Shown here piece after piece: positions 39,408-53,736 of a stretch of DNA of 64,000 nt. A program made the position numbers and the translations under genes. The DNA lies in contig OX597827.1 of assembly GCA_951406725.2 (NCBI GenBank), forward strand, positions 23,250,001 through 23,314,000. The letters are read 5' to 3'. The notes under the pieces were generated by a model. The model made no database searches. It saw only the letters and a program-made list of their open reading frames with translations, and was not told the DNA's origin. The first letter of the stretch is position 1. Each line of letters opens with the position of its first letter. This DNA is from Octopus vulgaris. Its lineage: Eukaryota.

Positions 39408-41106
39408 ACTGTTGTTGTTGTTGCTATTGTTGATGATAGTGATGATGATGATGATTTTGAGGTAGATTTGGCTGCCGTTTGTAGCAGATCGTGCGACTAC
39501 TTAAAGGTTTCTCTCCCGCTGATCCGCCATCGCTGTTCAATGTCTCAAAAAGAAGCAGTTTATGGATGTCTGCAGATAGTGCCGACATGAATTTGTAAAG
39601 ACTATGTGAATGAGGTTAAATATAACAGGTTGAAAGAAATAAAAGATGGAGAAAGCCAAAGGGAGAAAGAAAAAGGGAAGATGTTATTACAAGGAAGACG
39701 GAAGCGAAGATGAAAAGGATATTGGGTGTTCAAAAAGGTAATAAAAAAGTTAGTGATAAGAAAGTAGAAGAAAAAGTGTGAAATTTTTGAAAGAAGAAAC
39801 ACGAAGAGAAAAAGTAAAATTAAGAATAATATAAAACACACACAGAGACATAAACACACACATATGTAAGTAATATGAGTACATGTATAAATATGTTTCC
39901 CAATCTCTGTCTCTCTCTTTGTCTCTCCCCCATCCCTCTCTCTTTCTGTCGCGCTCTTTCTGTCTTTATACACATACACACGTGCGTGCACACGCACGCA
40001 CACACGCATATATATGACAAACAATTGAAGAATAAGAAAAGAAAAAATTGAGACAAAGAAATATAAAAAAAAAAAGCACGCAAAAATAATTCGAACAGAA
40101 ATCTCTAATGGAAAGAGAAAGCCAAAGAAATGAACAATTTAAATCATATAAGTGTCTCTTTTAGAAAAAAAAAAATTTTAATAAAATTTTTAAAAAATGT
40201 TGAGTAAAGAAAACAAAATGGCGGGTTTCATAGCTACGAAAATAGCGACGGTCTCACAATATGGTGTGGGTTGGTTAATTCTTGCGTTTCAAATGTTCTG
40301 TGAAATATATCTTTTATTTCAATCAAATTCACACATCTTTCAGTCATTTTGATTTACAAATTTCTCTTTTTTTTCTTTTCATTTGTTTTCCTTCGTTCTT
40401 CTTTAATATCTGCCTCTATTGTCTTGTTACTATATTTCTGCTTTTATATTGCCTTTTTCACGCGTTCTTTCACTATTTTGCCTGTCTATCTGTCTTGTTT
40501 ATATGTTTGTCTGTCTTTCAGTCTGTCCGTCCTGTTAGTTTTTCTTTAATTTCTTTCTTGTCCACTTTCTGTCTTTCCTTCTTTCTTTCTATCCATTATC
40601 TATCTATCCGCCTAGTTTTCTTCGCTGTGTCTATGGTGTATATATGTGTATGTATGTCTGTCGATTTTACCAGGTCTGCAGAATATAGCTAATAAACCGG
40701 ATGACAAACCATATCTAACACAAAAGATATATTATAAATGATTGAAATAGATTCCAAACTTTTTAATATTAAATAAGACACAACCAATGAGAAAACGAAA
40801 ACTATAAAAAGGAGAAAATATAAGGACAAAAGAACTAAAAGAAAGATAAAGACGCGGACAAATATATAGGTAGAAATATATTTATATTTTGAGTGTAAGG
40901 AAAAGTATACCTTTGTAAATAATACGTGTTTTAGGTATGTCTGTTATGTACAACTGAAAAGTGGACAAATCTATTTTAATCTCTGGATGGAGAGATTAAA
41001 GGGGATTAATGAGACATGGTTTTGTTCCGAGTATTTCTTCAGCAGCGATCATGCATCCACTTTTATCGCTTCACGGGGATATTTATAGCTCATAAGACCA
41101 TGTGAC

Positions 41107-41745
41107 TTGGAACGACTAAATCAATCACATATGTTGACGAATTTAAACTATCTGGGCACGAAAATAACAATAGACGGAGATAGCATTCATGAAATAAATA
41201 CAAGAATCAGCAAAGCCAACCAATCATTCGTTATGTTAAACTCAATATGGAAATCACCAATACTCAGCAAGAGCACCAAAATACGATTTTACAAAAGCAA
41301 CATACTTAGCATCCTCATCTACGGATCTGAATTTTGGAAAACAACCAAAAGTATTGAAAAAAGAAATTGGAGGTGTTTCAAAAGAAATGTTTACGAAACA
41401 TGTTGAAGGTCTAATGGCCGAATATGATCTCGAATAGCCAAGTACGCACCAAGGCTAACGTGAAACTAATAAAGAAAACTGTTGAAGCAAGGGGATGGAA
41501 ATGGCTGGGTCGAGTTTGCTGCTATAAACCGGGCTTAATTGTTGGGATCGCATTGCACTGGGTTCCACAAGGCAAAAGAAGACGTGACCGACCAAAGGAA
41601 ACATAGCGGAGAACAATAACAAAAGAGCTTAAAAGCAGAAGGTTAACAATGGAACAAGTTGTCAAGGATGGTCTCAGTGTTAGAAGGCGGAATGAACATG
41701 CTGTCGCCTCAAGTGTCACAAGGCACAATGTGAACCGAATGAATG
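41107..41745 (+). mobile_element. old RTE-clade LINE 3' fragment (different family)
   Basis: YLGTKITIDGDSIHEINTRISKA...IWKS...STKIRFYKSNILSILIYGSEFW; WKWLGRV...QGKRRRDRPKET; frameshifted. Confidence 0.85.
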
Positions 41746-41843
41746 GACGAACTATTTACAGATATTGACTATCGTGACTTCACTGAATCGATTATGGCTA
41801 ATTTGCATAAAGTGTTTTTTTTTTCGTTAGCTAATTAGTCAGT

Positions 41844-42495
41844 TATTACTTGACACACAAAAAAGTTGATAGACTGGAAATAGAGGAACATCACACGTAA
41901 TGAATGAGTCAATACAAAAACGGTTCTCTTTCCAGCCGAGAAATCAACATGGGACACACTGTAAGGCATTCTCATTGAGTGGATGGGCAACACATCTATC
42001 CATCCTTTTACTTTTTCCAATTTTCTTCAAGTGTTGAGAAGCAGTTGCGAGAGATGTCTGGAGCTCTGATCTGATTTTTCGGACCATTGTTCTCAGATTT
42101 CATTTAACCAAAGCATTCCATTCATCATACCGAATAACTGATTTTGGTCTCCCTCTTGGTACATTTTCGAGGCTTTCATTTCCTGAACAAAATCTTTGGA
42201 GCAATCTCCGAACAGTTCTAATGTCAACAGAATGGTTACCAAAAGCCCGCTTGATGTTTCGTAGAGCTTCGGTGGGAGAGTGACCCAACTTGTATTCGTA
42301 CAAGAAAATCACTCGGTATTGTTCAGTTGTCACCATTGTCATAAGAGCTGTGTGTAGCAATTTCGAATAATAGTATTGTCTAGAAAGAAAAAAGAGTAAA
42401 CACAAGCATAGACCTAGAAGCTCATAAAAAATCCCATTTATAGATGACTCATAAGAAACCCATTTAAAATACATTTCATGTGAGACAACCTAATA
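41844..42495 (-). mobile_element. internally deleted mariner transposon
   Basis: EQYRVIFLYEYKLGHSPTEALRNIKRAFGNHSVDIRTVRRLLQRFCSGNESLENVPRGRP is a mariner HTH N-terminus; mariner-like end TATTAGGTTG at 42495 and a degenerate other end at 41844. Confidence 0.85.
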
Positions 42496-43627
42496 TTTTG
42501 TCGTTCATTTATCATAATACGTAAACATTCTTGCAAATATCTTTCAGATAAATAGTTTTTATTTTTATAGCAAAACATATTTAGAAAAATTATCAAATTT
42601 CAGGTTTTGATTAGAAGCGGAAGTATGGAGGCGAGCTGACAGAATCGTTTGTACGCCGGATGAAAAATGCTTAGCGGCTTTTTGTCCGTCTTTACGTTCT
42701 GAGTTCAAATTCCATCGAAATCATCTTTGCCTGTCATCCTTTCGAAGTCAATGTAAAAAGTAGCCATTGAACTCTGAGCTCGATGTAATCGACTAAACTC
42801 CTCCCTAAAAATTGTTGGCCTTGTACCAAACTTTGAAACAATTAGAAGTGGAGGCGAGGGTCGTTTGTAGTGATGAAGTAAAATTTACCATGAGTTGAAC
42901 TAGTTCTGAGAAGAAGAGGCCCCCATTTTTAGTTGTAACCAAACAAACCTTGTAGTCGTTGTAGTTGTTTAATATTGCTTAGTGTTATATAATCAACGAG
43001 GGATCTCGATCTTTCTGGGCCAGGATGCTGGAGGTTATTTTCCACTTTTGTATTCCATGTAACACATTGATGAGTTAACGACGACATTTGTCATTGTTCA
43101 ATGTGATGCTGGGTGCCATTCTTCGTGCCTGAAATAAACAAAGCCTCGCCTCCATCTTACTCCGCAATATTTTTGTCAAGATGGCGTGAACTCCTTCAAT
43201 AATAGCACCGGTAACTATACTATCCCCAATCTTTGAAAAGAAATTACGGCATTAGTTACATCAAAGGATTACCTTGCAAGCTAGCGTAAGCATTGATCAC
43301 ATTGAAATGCAAAGTATCTCTTATCGTTATTATGGAGTGGAATCTGAAGGCCTGCTGCTTTCTTCTCCAGTTTATTGTAGAATTCATTTTCAACGGAAAT
43401 AGAACACACGTGATCTTCAATATTATGAAATAGGTTGACATTTAGAAATTAGCAGCACCAGCAGTATATCAATCCTTTGTGAGTTTAACCACTGTTACTC
43501 ATTTTGCCCCGTTTGCTCAATAATACCACCGTCAAGACGCTGTTTAGTTTTATTTTTTTGTAAATTTTTCATAAAGTGGAGAAATGCAGCGAGATTTATT
43601 AAAAATTCACTCCAAATTACCGTAAAG

Positions 43628-45655
43628 GTGATGGGAAATACGAGGAGAGTTCCCCAACAGAGGATGGGAAATCCGAGAAGGGTTCACCAACAGAGGATGG
43701 GAAATACGAGAAGGACTCCGCAACAGAGGATGGGAAATACGAGGAGGGTTCCCCAACAGACGATGGGAAATACGAGGATGGTTCATCAACAGAGGATGGG
43801 AAATACGAGGAGGGTTCACCAACAGACGATGGGAAATACGAGGAGGGTTCATCAACAGAGGATGGGAAATACGAGGAGGGTTCACCAACAGAGGATGGGA
43901 AATACGAGAAGGACTCCGCAACAGAGGATGGGAAATACGAGGAGGGTTCCCCAACAGAGGATGGGAAATCCGAGGAGGGTTCATCAACAGAAGATGGGAA
44001 ATCCGAGAAGGGTTCACCAACAGAGGATGGGAAATACGAGGAGGGTTCACCAACAGAGGATGGGAAATACGAGGAGGTTTCACCAACAGAGGATGGGAAA
44101 TACGAGGAGGGTTCACCAACAGAGGATGGGAAATACGAGGAGGGTTCACCAACAGAGGATGGGAAATACGAGGAGGGTTCATCAACAGAGGATGGGAAAT
44201 CCGAGGAGGGTTCACCAACAGAGGATGGGAAATACGAGGAGGGTTCACCAACAGAGGATGGGAAATACGGGGAGGGTTCCCCAACAGAGGATGGGAAATA
44301 CGAGGAGGGTTCACCAACAGAGGATGGGAAATCCGAGGAGGGTTCACCAACAGAGGATGGGAAATCCGAGGAGGGTTCACCAACAGAGGATGGGAAATAC
44401 GAGGAGGGTTCACCAACAGAGGATGGGAAATACGAGGAGGGTTCCCCAACAGAGGATGGGAAATACGAAGAGGGTTCCCCAACAGAGGATGGGAAATCCG
44501 AGGAGGGTTCACCAACAGAGGATGGGAAATCCGAGGAGGGTTCACCAACAGAGGATGGGAAATACAAGGAGGGGTTCCCAACAGAGGATGGGAAATACGA
44601 GGAGGGTTCACCAACAAGGATGGGAAATACGAGGAGGGGTTCCCAACAGAGGATGGGAAATCCGAGGAGGGTTCACCAACAGAGGATGGGAAATACGAGG
44701 AGGGTTCCCCAACAGAGGATGGGAAATACGAGGAGGGTTCCCCAACAGAGGATGGGAAATACGAGGAGGGTTCACCAACAGAGGATGGGAAATCCGAGGA
44801 GGGTTCACCAACAGAGGATGGGAAATACGAGGAGGGGTTCCCAACAGTGGATGGGAAATCCGAGGAGGGTTCACCAACAGAGGATGGGAAATACGAGGAG
44901 GGTTCCCCAACAGAGGATGGGAAATACGAGGAGGGTTCACCAACAGAGGATGGGAAATCCGAGGAGGGTTCACCAACAGAGGATGGGAAATACGAGGAGG
45001 GGTTCCCAACAGAGGATGGGAAATACGAGGAGGGTTCACCAACAGAGGATGGGAAATACGAGGAGGGGTTCCCAACAGAGGATGGGAAATACGAGGAGGG
45101 TTCACCAACAGAGGATGGGAAATACGAGGAGGGTTCACCAACAGATGATGGGAAATACGAGGAGGAGGGTTCCCCAACAGAGGATGGGAAATACGAGGAG
45201 GGTTCACCAACAGAGGATGGGAAATCCGAGGAGGGTTCACCAACAGAGGATGGGAAATACGAGGAGGGGTTCCCAACAGAGGATGGGAAATCCGAGGAGG
45301 GTTCACCAACAGAGGATGGGAAATACGAGGAGGGGTTCCCAACAGAGGATGGGAAATACGAGGAGGGTTCACCAACTGAGGATGGGAAATCCGAGGAGGG
45401 TTCACCAACAGAGGATGGGAAATACGAGGAGGGGTTCCCAACAGAGGATGGGAAATCCGAGGAGGGTTCCTCAACAGAGGATGGGAAATACGAGGAGGGT
45501 TCCTCAACTGAGGATGGGAAATCCGAGGAGGGTTCCTCAACAGAGGATGGGAAATACGAGGAGGGTTCCCCAACTGAGGATGGGACATACGAGGAGGGTT
45601 CCTCAACAGAGGATGGGAAATACGAGGAGGGTTCCCCAACTGAGGATGGGGAACT
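43628..45655. repeat. 33-bp minisatellite, ~61 units (GAGGATGGGAAATACGAGGAGGGTTCACCAACA)
   Basis: Directly visible head-to-tail array without spacers; one 32-bp unit (~44617) and one 36-bp unit (~45160). Confidence 0.98.
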
Positions 45656-46701
45656 GATAACGCGCGAATGTAAGGCGTCGAGATGGCAGAATCGTTAGCG
45701 CGTCAGGCAAAACGCATGGCAGAATTTCATCTGTCTTTAATTTCTTTCGTCTTTACGTCCTGAGTTAAAATTCCGCCCAGGTTGACTCATCCATTCATCA
45801 TTTTGGGACCAATGAAATAATTAGCAGTCAAGTCCTGGGGTCGGTGTAATAAACTTACCCACTTCCTCGAAATTGCTGGTCTCGCGCCGAAACATGAAAC
45901 CAAAGTATGAATACGTGTTGATATACGTACATACACACATACACAGAACTGTACAAAAACACACAGAGGCCTACTCCCATGTATACATATATCTAACCAA
46001 CTATCATTTCATACCCGATTTAATTATGCTGAGTTTTATATAATTTTTTAACGTATTCCTTTTAGTAAAACTCTCCATGTTATGTTCGGTGTGAAACAGA
46101 CCCTTGTTGACAATGTTGACAATTTGTGTGGCCATAGTTCTTTTGGCGCTGTGGACATACATATTTATTGCTACAGTTACACACACACTCATTTATACAT
46201 TTCTGTATTTTATGCATAAGTGTACGAACATGTCTTAATTTTTACTTTAGAATGAAATACCGGGGTACGCAACCTATTGATTCACGTGGAAGTTACAATG
46301 TGGCAGTGGTGTTGGTGGTGTTTATAGTAATGATAGTGTTCATGGTGGTGATGGTGGAGGGGTTAGTGCTAGTTGCCTTTCCTGGAGAAGGTAGTGGTGG
46401 TGGTGGTGGTGATGGTATTGTTGACGAAGAAGAGAAGCAGAGGTTCTTGGTGTTAGACGAAGACGAGCCTGCAATATTATTTATAACTTCTTCTTTATAA
46501 CATCACCACCAGCACCACTACCTCTACCACAATCACCACCCCACTACCGCTCCCGCCAACACCGCATAACATCAATTAACAATCTATTAAATCATATCAC
46601 ACACTTTAAGCACGTTTCTCTCTTCTCTTGACACATTTCTTACACTAACACCTAACACCATTCTACAACAATACACACACACGTGTATATATCTTTATAT
46701 A

Positions 46702-46810
<109 letters not shown>

Positions 46811-47108
46811 GTATATATACACACATAAGTACACATATATTTGTATATATATGTATATATACACACACACATACATATATATTTATGCATGTATATAGGT
46901 ACACACACACACACACACACATATATACTTGTAGGTTTGGTGATGCAAACACTTTGATAAGTGCTAACGACGAAGTTCTCGGCCCTTGAGTCACTCTGTT
47001 ATTTCTGCTAAATATTAATATGTATGTGTGTGTGGGGGGGTATTTATGTACGTATATAGGTACATACATATATACATACGCATATATATATATACATATA
47101 CATACACG

Positions 47109-47156
<48 letters not shown>

Positions 47157-47167
47157 CATATATATAA

Positions 47168-47219
<52 letters not shown>

Positions 47220-47278
47220 GTAATATGTTTACATACATGCATATATATATATATATATATATATACATACATACATAC

Positions 47279-47330
<52 letters not shown>

Positions 47331-48547
47331 TATATATAAATTCATACATATCGTCAGCAACACTTCTCTTTCTCGTCTTTCGTATCATCGCGATCAACAC
47401 CTTGAACATCATTACCACCATCATAATGCCGCTGCTGCTGCTGCTATAAATAATGATGATGAGGACGACGACGACGATGATGATTAAGACAAAAGAAAGA
47501 AGAAAAGAAGGAAGTGAACCGTAATTACGCAGCACAGTATGTGGAAGGAGTAGTTGGACGTTGGTATGTGCGTGTCATGCGAAGATATGTCGGGAAGGTG
47601 TGAATGAAATAAGTAGCAATATGGCTAAATATAAAGAAATATTAAAAGCTGTGGGTGGTGGTGGTAACGGCGGCGGCGAGGGGCGGGGGTTTGTCTTCGG
47701 CACAATGAACCGCGAGGTGTTTTAGTTCTTTAAAATCTAACATCTTTATCTTGAATGCTTTCAATCATATCTCTACTCCCCACTCTCCCATTTAACCCCC
47801 ACCACCACCGTTACCTATTGTTCACGTTCTAACCCCTCACTTCCCACCACTTGCCACTAATTTTCCTATTCTGATTATGTTCAACATTGAACACGAAATA
47901 TGATAGAAACCTGACCAATTTCTGACCAAGATGTCCTTCTCTTCCCCCTTAGTCACTCTTACTTATCAACGATCATGAGAATTAATACAACAATAGATCT
48001 TGTGATTGGTCTGTTAATGATACGATGTTTATCTCATGGAGACTCAGGGCAGAAACAGTTCTGCGTCACATACAGCTTTCTCACTCAACAACTGTTTCTG
48101 CTGTTTCTCCGATTCTACGGAGCTTATGCTCCCCTCTCAATGCACTCCACAGCATCGCGGTTTAGCCATTCGATCTACAAGAAACAACAGTTAAATCATT
48201 TTCAATGGCATCCTACTGTCATAAACAGGGAAGAATGTTTAAGGTGTATATATATAATAGAAGTAAATATATGGCACAACGAAGTATATGTACACCTTCC
48301 CGACATATCTTCGCATGACACGCACATACCAACGTCCAACTACTCCTTCCACATATATATATATATATACTATTGGATTCTACACATAAACTATTGGAAT
48401 CTTATATATATATCATTCTGCTATAAAAAAAAATGGATCTACAAATGCAATATCCCTACACATCTCACATCTATTTTCATTCCTCTACCCCACTCTCTAT
48501 TTTGTATCTTATCTAAATTAACTATTATTTAACCATCCTCTCACACC

Positions 48548-48595
48548 GTCTCCGATGAAGGGATATAATAAATATCCTGGAAACAGCTGTAAGGC
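48548..48595 (+). ncRNA. minimal hammerhead-like ribozyme (U4C variant)
   Basis: GTCT-CCGATGA-aGGGATAT-aataa-ATATCCTg-GAAA-CAGCTG-TA-AGGC; palindromic stem III. Confidence 0.65.
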
Positions 48596-49244
48596 CTTCT
48601 GTCTATAAATGTTCTAAAATCTACACACTCTTGATTTTTTTTTATCTCATTACGAAAAAAAAATATTTATATATATATATATATATAACTCCAAGAAAGT
48701 TAGGGGTTGTGGGTCCAACCCACTAAGGGATAATATCTATCCAATATACTGTTGGTATAATACCCAATTATTAATACACAAGTGTTTTTAGTGCATTGCA
48801 ATTAACTTACCTAGTGTATTAAATGGGTGAAGGTAAAGAGATATTTTGCCATTAATTTATATTGCAAATAAGAAAACGGAGGAGCACAATAGTTGGTTCA
48901 TCAACCTTAAGACATTAATAACTGTATGGTATATTGATATACTGATATTGATTGTAAAATTAATATACTTATATCTTTCATAAACATCTGTTTATATATT
49001 ATATTATATTCTATATTTCATATACTATGTATTGTTAAAAAGCATAATACACATAATCTAATATTAATATTATTAATAATAATAATAATAATAGTAATAA
49101 CTAAATATTGTATATGTACCTGTGGATGTGAATGTGTACGTATATTTCAGTATATATAATTAATTATGTATAACCATGTATGTATGTATAACCATATATA
49201 TATATCTATATATATATATATCTATATCTATATCTATATATCTA

Positions 49245-49341
<97 letters not shown>

Positions 49342-49410
49342 CTCTCTCAATATATATATTCAAATGTGTGTATTTTGTTTTATATTTATATTTATTATGA
49401 TTGCACTTTA

Positions 49411-49545
49411 TAATCTCTGACGAGGCCTAGATATATATATATATATACAAGTACCTCATTTTCAACTGCCTATTACCTCAATTCACTTGACTAATATAGG
49501 CAAAATGAGATGCTTTTATCTATGGGCTGAAACAGCTGTAAGTTA
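49411..49545 (+). ncRNA. hammerhead-like ribozyme with ~105-nt stem II
   Basis: CTGACGA (49417-49423), GGCCTAGATA...TATCTATGGGCT, GAAA (49529-49532), CAGCTG, TA. Confidence 0.65.
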
Positions 49546-49737
49546 TTTTAATAATTTATATTCATGTATTTTAATAATTACTTGTATTCTTATTTTATAT
49601 GCATAGAATAAAATGCTATATGCATGTATGTTATTATAATTATCAGTTTAATAAATAAGTTAAAAAACAAAAGACGAAGACAGGTGGTGTACAAAACAAA
49701 CAGATGTATTAGTATAGCGCTCAGGAATAGAAAAAGT

Positions 49738-49774
49738 CTTTTACGTTTCGAGCCTACGCTCTTCTACAGAAAGG
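49738..49774 (-). ncRNA. minimal hammerhead-like motif (core variant)
   Basis: Minus strand CTTT-CTGTAGA-a-GAGC-gtag-GCTC-GAAA-CG-TA-AAAG. Confidence 0.5.
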
Positions 49775-50276
49775 TACACAGAAAAAACAAGGAGAAAAAC
49801 AAGGAGAGAAAAAAGAGAGAAAAAAAGAGAAAAAAATATGTATATATATATATATATACAAATTGAGATAGGGGTTGTAAATGCAACCCTCTATGGGATA
49901 ACGTATATCCAATATACTGCTAGTGAAGTACCCAACAAAGTTAATACATAAATGTTAATGATTGCGATGCAATCAATTCATTTACTGTATTATATGGGCA
50001 AAGGTAAAATGATTTACCACAAATTACTAATACAAGATAAGAAAATGGAGAAATACATCTAAATCAAATATCAATTACCAGATAATACTCAATAATATAC
50101 TTTATTAAACCACCACATAAGAGACTGTAGGGTTAAATATAAAAAGCAGAACAAATCAGTGTACATAAAGGAATGTACATAAAAAAGTGCACATAAAAGA
50201 GTAATGTTGTATAATAATTAGAATATATATAAAAAAGAATATAAATACAAGTAAATATAAATATAAGTATAAATTA

Positions 50277-50377
50277 GATCTTACAGCTGTTTCGGCCATG
50301 TCGATAATTATATGGTTGGTCAATATATAGATATAAATGAGACATTAACAAAAATATCACAAGCCCTCTTCGGAGAT
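50277..50377 (-). ncRNA. hammerhead-like ribozyme with extended stem II (U4C), inside repeat 49860-50390(-)
   Basis: Minus strand ATCT-CCGAAGA-GGGC...GGCC-GAAA-CAGCTG-TA-AGAT; paralog of 54724-54833. Confidence 0.6.
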
Positions 50378-50753
50378 TATGTAATATAACACAGTCTACA
50401 CATATACCCACATATGTAATATAACACAGCCTACACATATACGCGTGAATGCGTATGGCTTAGTGGTTAGAATAGGCAATTCACGATCTTACGATCATGA
50501 GTTCGATTTCCGGTTGCGTGTTGAGTCCTTGGGCGCGTTGCTCCAATTCACTCAGCTGGTAAATATGAGTTGTACATGTAATTGGAAGGGGCCAATCTTG
50601 TCACATTCTGTGTCACGCTCAATCTTGCTAAGAACTGCGTTAAGACTATGCATGTCTGTGGAGTACTCAGCCACTTGCACGTTAGTTTCACGGATCAACT
50701 GGAACCCTCGTCGTCGTAATCGACAGATGGCCAATCAATCAATGAACCAATCA

Positions 50754-50788
<35 letters not shown>

Positions 50789-50922
50789 TGTATGTATGTA
50801 TGTATGTATGTATGTATGTATGCAAGCATGCATGCATGCATGTATGTATGTATGTATGTATGTATGTATGTATGTATAGTCTGAACAGGATAAGCTACCC
50901 ATATTTTGCAGAAAAAAAGTGT

Positions 50923-51001
50923 TGGCGGCCGGCTATGCGACTCGAACTAACACCTCCGTGATTACGCGTGGCGGTGCTCTGAACCATTAAGCTAAACCGC
51001 C
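50923..51001 (-). pseudogene. tRNA-like sequence with a Pol III terminator
   Basis: Acceptor GGCGGTT/GGCCGCC-A; D arm GCTT/GAGC; A box TAGCTTAATGG; B box GTTCGAGTC; T7 four nt downstream; anticodon and T arms carry insertions. Confidence 0.6.
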
Positions 51002-51175
51002 CACACCACAAATTCTTCCGCATTGATCTACTTCACTGAGTAGTAAATGGGTGACCCTTACGAACCACTGGCGTCCCGCTCAGCGCTTTTGCTGGCTCAC
51101 CCGCTGAAAGCTACAACGATGCGAGGAAGCGCATTGTAACCAGCGGTGCATAACAATATCCGACAGAGTAATATA

Positions 51176-51218
<43 letters not shown>

Positions 51219-51571
51219 ATATAAATATCCATACATATATGTGTGTGTGTGTATATATATATATGGATATATATATAAATATATAATGAGAGAGAGGGGT
51301 TAGGACAAAGGGAGACAGAGAAGAAGAGAGAGGAGATACATATATCGATATAAACCTATCTAGCCATCAGTATCTCTATCCTACGTGTATATCATTATGT
51401 GTGTGCGTGTGTCTGTGCGTGTATGTGTGTGCGTGTGTGGCTGGGTGGATGGATGTGTGTGTGTCTAATTCCAATTAATGAAATCTGACAGCACAATTCA
51501 ATGGTGTCTGTTTAATTATCAATATAGAAGAATGTATATGCTTCTATGCGTGGTAAGTAAAAGCCTGCCCT

Positions 51572-51607
<36 letters not shown>

Positions 51608-52172
51608 TGTGTGTGTGTGTGTGTGCGTGTGCGTGCGTGCGTATGTGTGTGTGCGTGTGTGTGCGTGAGTGTATGTGCGTGCGTGTGTGTGCGTGCGTGT
51701 GTGTGCGTGCGTGTGTGTGTGTGTGTGTGTGAGTATGTGTGTTTCTAGATGTGTATGTAAGTGCAAGTGTTTATGTAAATATGGGTGGACGCGTGATCGT
51801 GTGTGGACGTGTGTGGGCATCTACTTGCGTAGGTTTGTATGTAACATGTGTGTGTGTGTGTTGGCATTACATCCTTCATTCATCTCTATGACAAACCTTT
51901 ATCACATCTACACGAGAAACACTCTTTAGCTCCTACTACCCCCGCCACACACACACACCGTCGCCGCCGCTACAACCCTACCTCGACCCCTAATCCCCCA
52001 TCCCAGCACCATTCTATCAGTGAAGAGAGGCAGCCATATGAAGAAGGAAAGTGGATAATGAGGAATTCTTCCCTACGAATTTGCATAATGGAGTGGATGA
52101 AGTGCTTCCGTAGAGGTGGCTCGCGGCGGAACGGTTGCAACTAATTTCCTGTTACGTCTTACACGTGGATAT

Positions 52173-52230
<58 letters not shown>

Positions 52231-52617
52231 GCACACGCGCACACACACACACACGCACGCACGCACGCACGCACACACACTCACATACACACACAGATAT
52301 AAATATGCATATATACATATGTATATCTTTATATATATATATATATATATACACGTATATATGCGTGTACGTGAATATATAGGCATATGGACACACATAT
52401 GTACACACGTACATATATATATTTATTTATATGTTTATATGTGTGCGTGTGTGCGTATGTCTGTGTTTGAATTTAGTCTTTTTAAATTAAATTTAAACCT
52501 ACATTCACTAAAAATAAACGATTCTATACAAAGATGAAGTCCCAATATTATATTAGATTCATATACAAGGTGACTGGACAGTGACTTCGAATAATATATA
52601 TGTACGTATGTATGTGT

Positions 52618-52660
<43 letters not shown>

Positions 52661-52662
52661 AC

Positions 52663-52730
<68 letters not shown>

Positions 52731-52954
52731 TTCATACCTTCGAAGAGCGTATTTATTAGATAATCGTCCGATTATCTAATATCCGGTGGGAAACCCATTG
52801 ATAACGTCGTCTGTAATGGATCTGTAATACTGCATACTTTGATATATATATTTATACACGCACACACACACACACACACATACATACACATACTTCTATA
52901 TACTTACGCACAGTTATATCTATATCTATATACGGATGGTCATGAGCGATATAC

Positions 52955-53004
<50 letters not shown>

Positions 53005-53336
53005 CCAAAAAACATTCGAATGTTTGCATTCGAAATACGATGTTACTATTGTTAATACCATCTATGGCAAATATTTATAACTGACAATATTAACAGCAGT
53101 AACATGGGCGCTTCACAGGTCTAATAGCATTATAAGTTATAAGCTATAAAATATAAAATTAGCAGAAAGCCTTAGGGATGCAATGAACATCAACTTATTC
53201 AGAAATGAGAGCTAAGGTCTCAATTCAACCGCCACAATGCACGAAAATTATAGAAAATAACAGTATGCGAAGAAACGGACAAAGAATTTAAAAGCATACC
53301 TATAAAGATTATTAGCCGGTTCATTAGCCGGTGTTT

Positions 53337-53480
53337 ATTCAAAGCAATGAATAGCTTATGACGAAACCATGGTATGCTTTGTTTTCTGACTTTTTAATCA
53401 TTTCATAATAATGACTTTTATGACTTTTATTACTACCTCAGTCCATCTAAATGTATATATTTGTCGTTACCTTTCATAAA
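53337..53480 (+). mobile_element. Penelope-like 3' end (paralog of 31560-31755) with a hammerhead-like motif at 53341-53380
   Basis: AAAGCA-ATGAATA-...-GAAA-CCATGG-TA-TGCTTT, then the same tail tttacaatgtgcattttcg, then (TA)n. Confidence 0.7.
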
Positions 53481-53535
53481 AAGCCTTTTCTTTATTTATT
53501 TACAATGTGCATTTTCGTTGATTTTTCTTATTTCC

Positions 53536-53590
<55 letters not shown>

Positions 53591-53700
53591 ATCCAAACAT
53601 GAAAACACAAAGAGAAAACACAACACGAGGACGTGGAACAAGTATAGGATTATTGGACGCTCAGGAAAGAAGGAAAGAAGGAGGGTATAACGAAGGAGGG

Positions 53701-53736
53701 TATAACGTTTCGAGCGGAGCTCTTCGTCAGAAACAT
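53701..53736 (-). ncRNA. minimal hammerhead-like ribozyme in repeat 53585-53805(-)
   Basis: Minus strand CTGACGA-a-GAGC-tcc-GCTC-GAAA-CGT-TA; palindromic AACGTT stem III; stem I weak. Confidence 0.65.

Noticed and set aside
43000-43480. Coding-like unique sequence on the minus strand
   Set aside because: Multiple stops in the frame examined, no recognisable motif, no clear splice sites.
43607-45698. Long ORFs of 283-506 aa and a CRISPR-like appearance
   Set aside because: The ORFs come from a stop-poor 33-bp unit open in several frames on both strands. There are no unique spacers or cas genes, and the DNA is eukaryotic.
47975-48532. 185-aa ORF or a promoter/first exon (CCAAT-like and TGCGTCA motifs)
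   Set aside because: No recognisable protein; the 3' half runs into (TA)n and a repeat; short motifs are expected by chance.
52741-52800. Hammerhead around the perfect 13-bp hairpin at 52754-52781; similar candidate at 59570-59606(-)
   Set aside because: Core boxes are too degenerate and stems I/III are missing.
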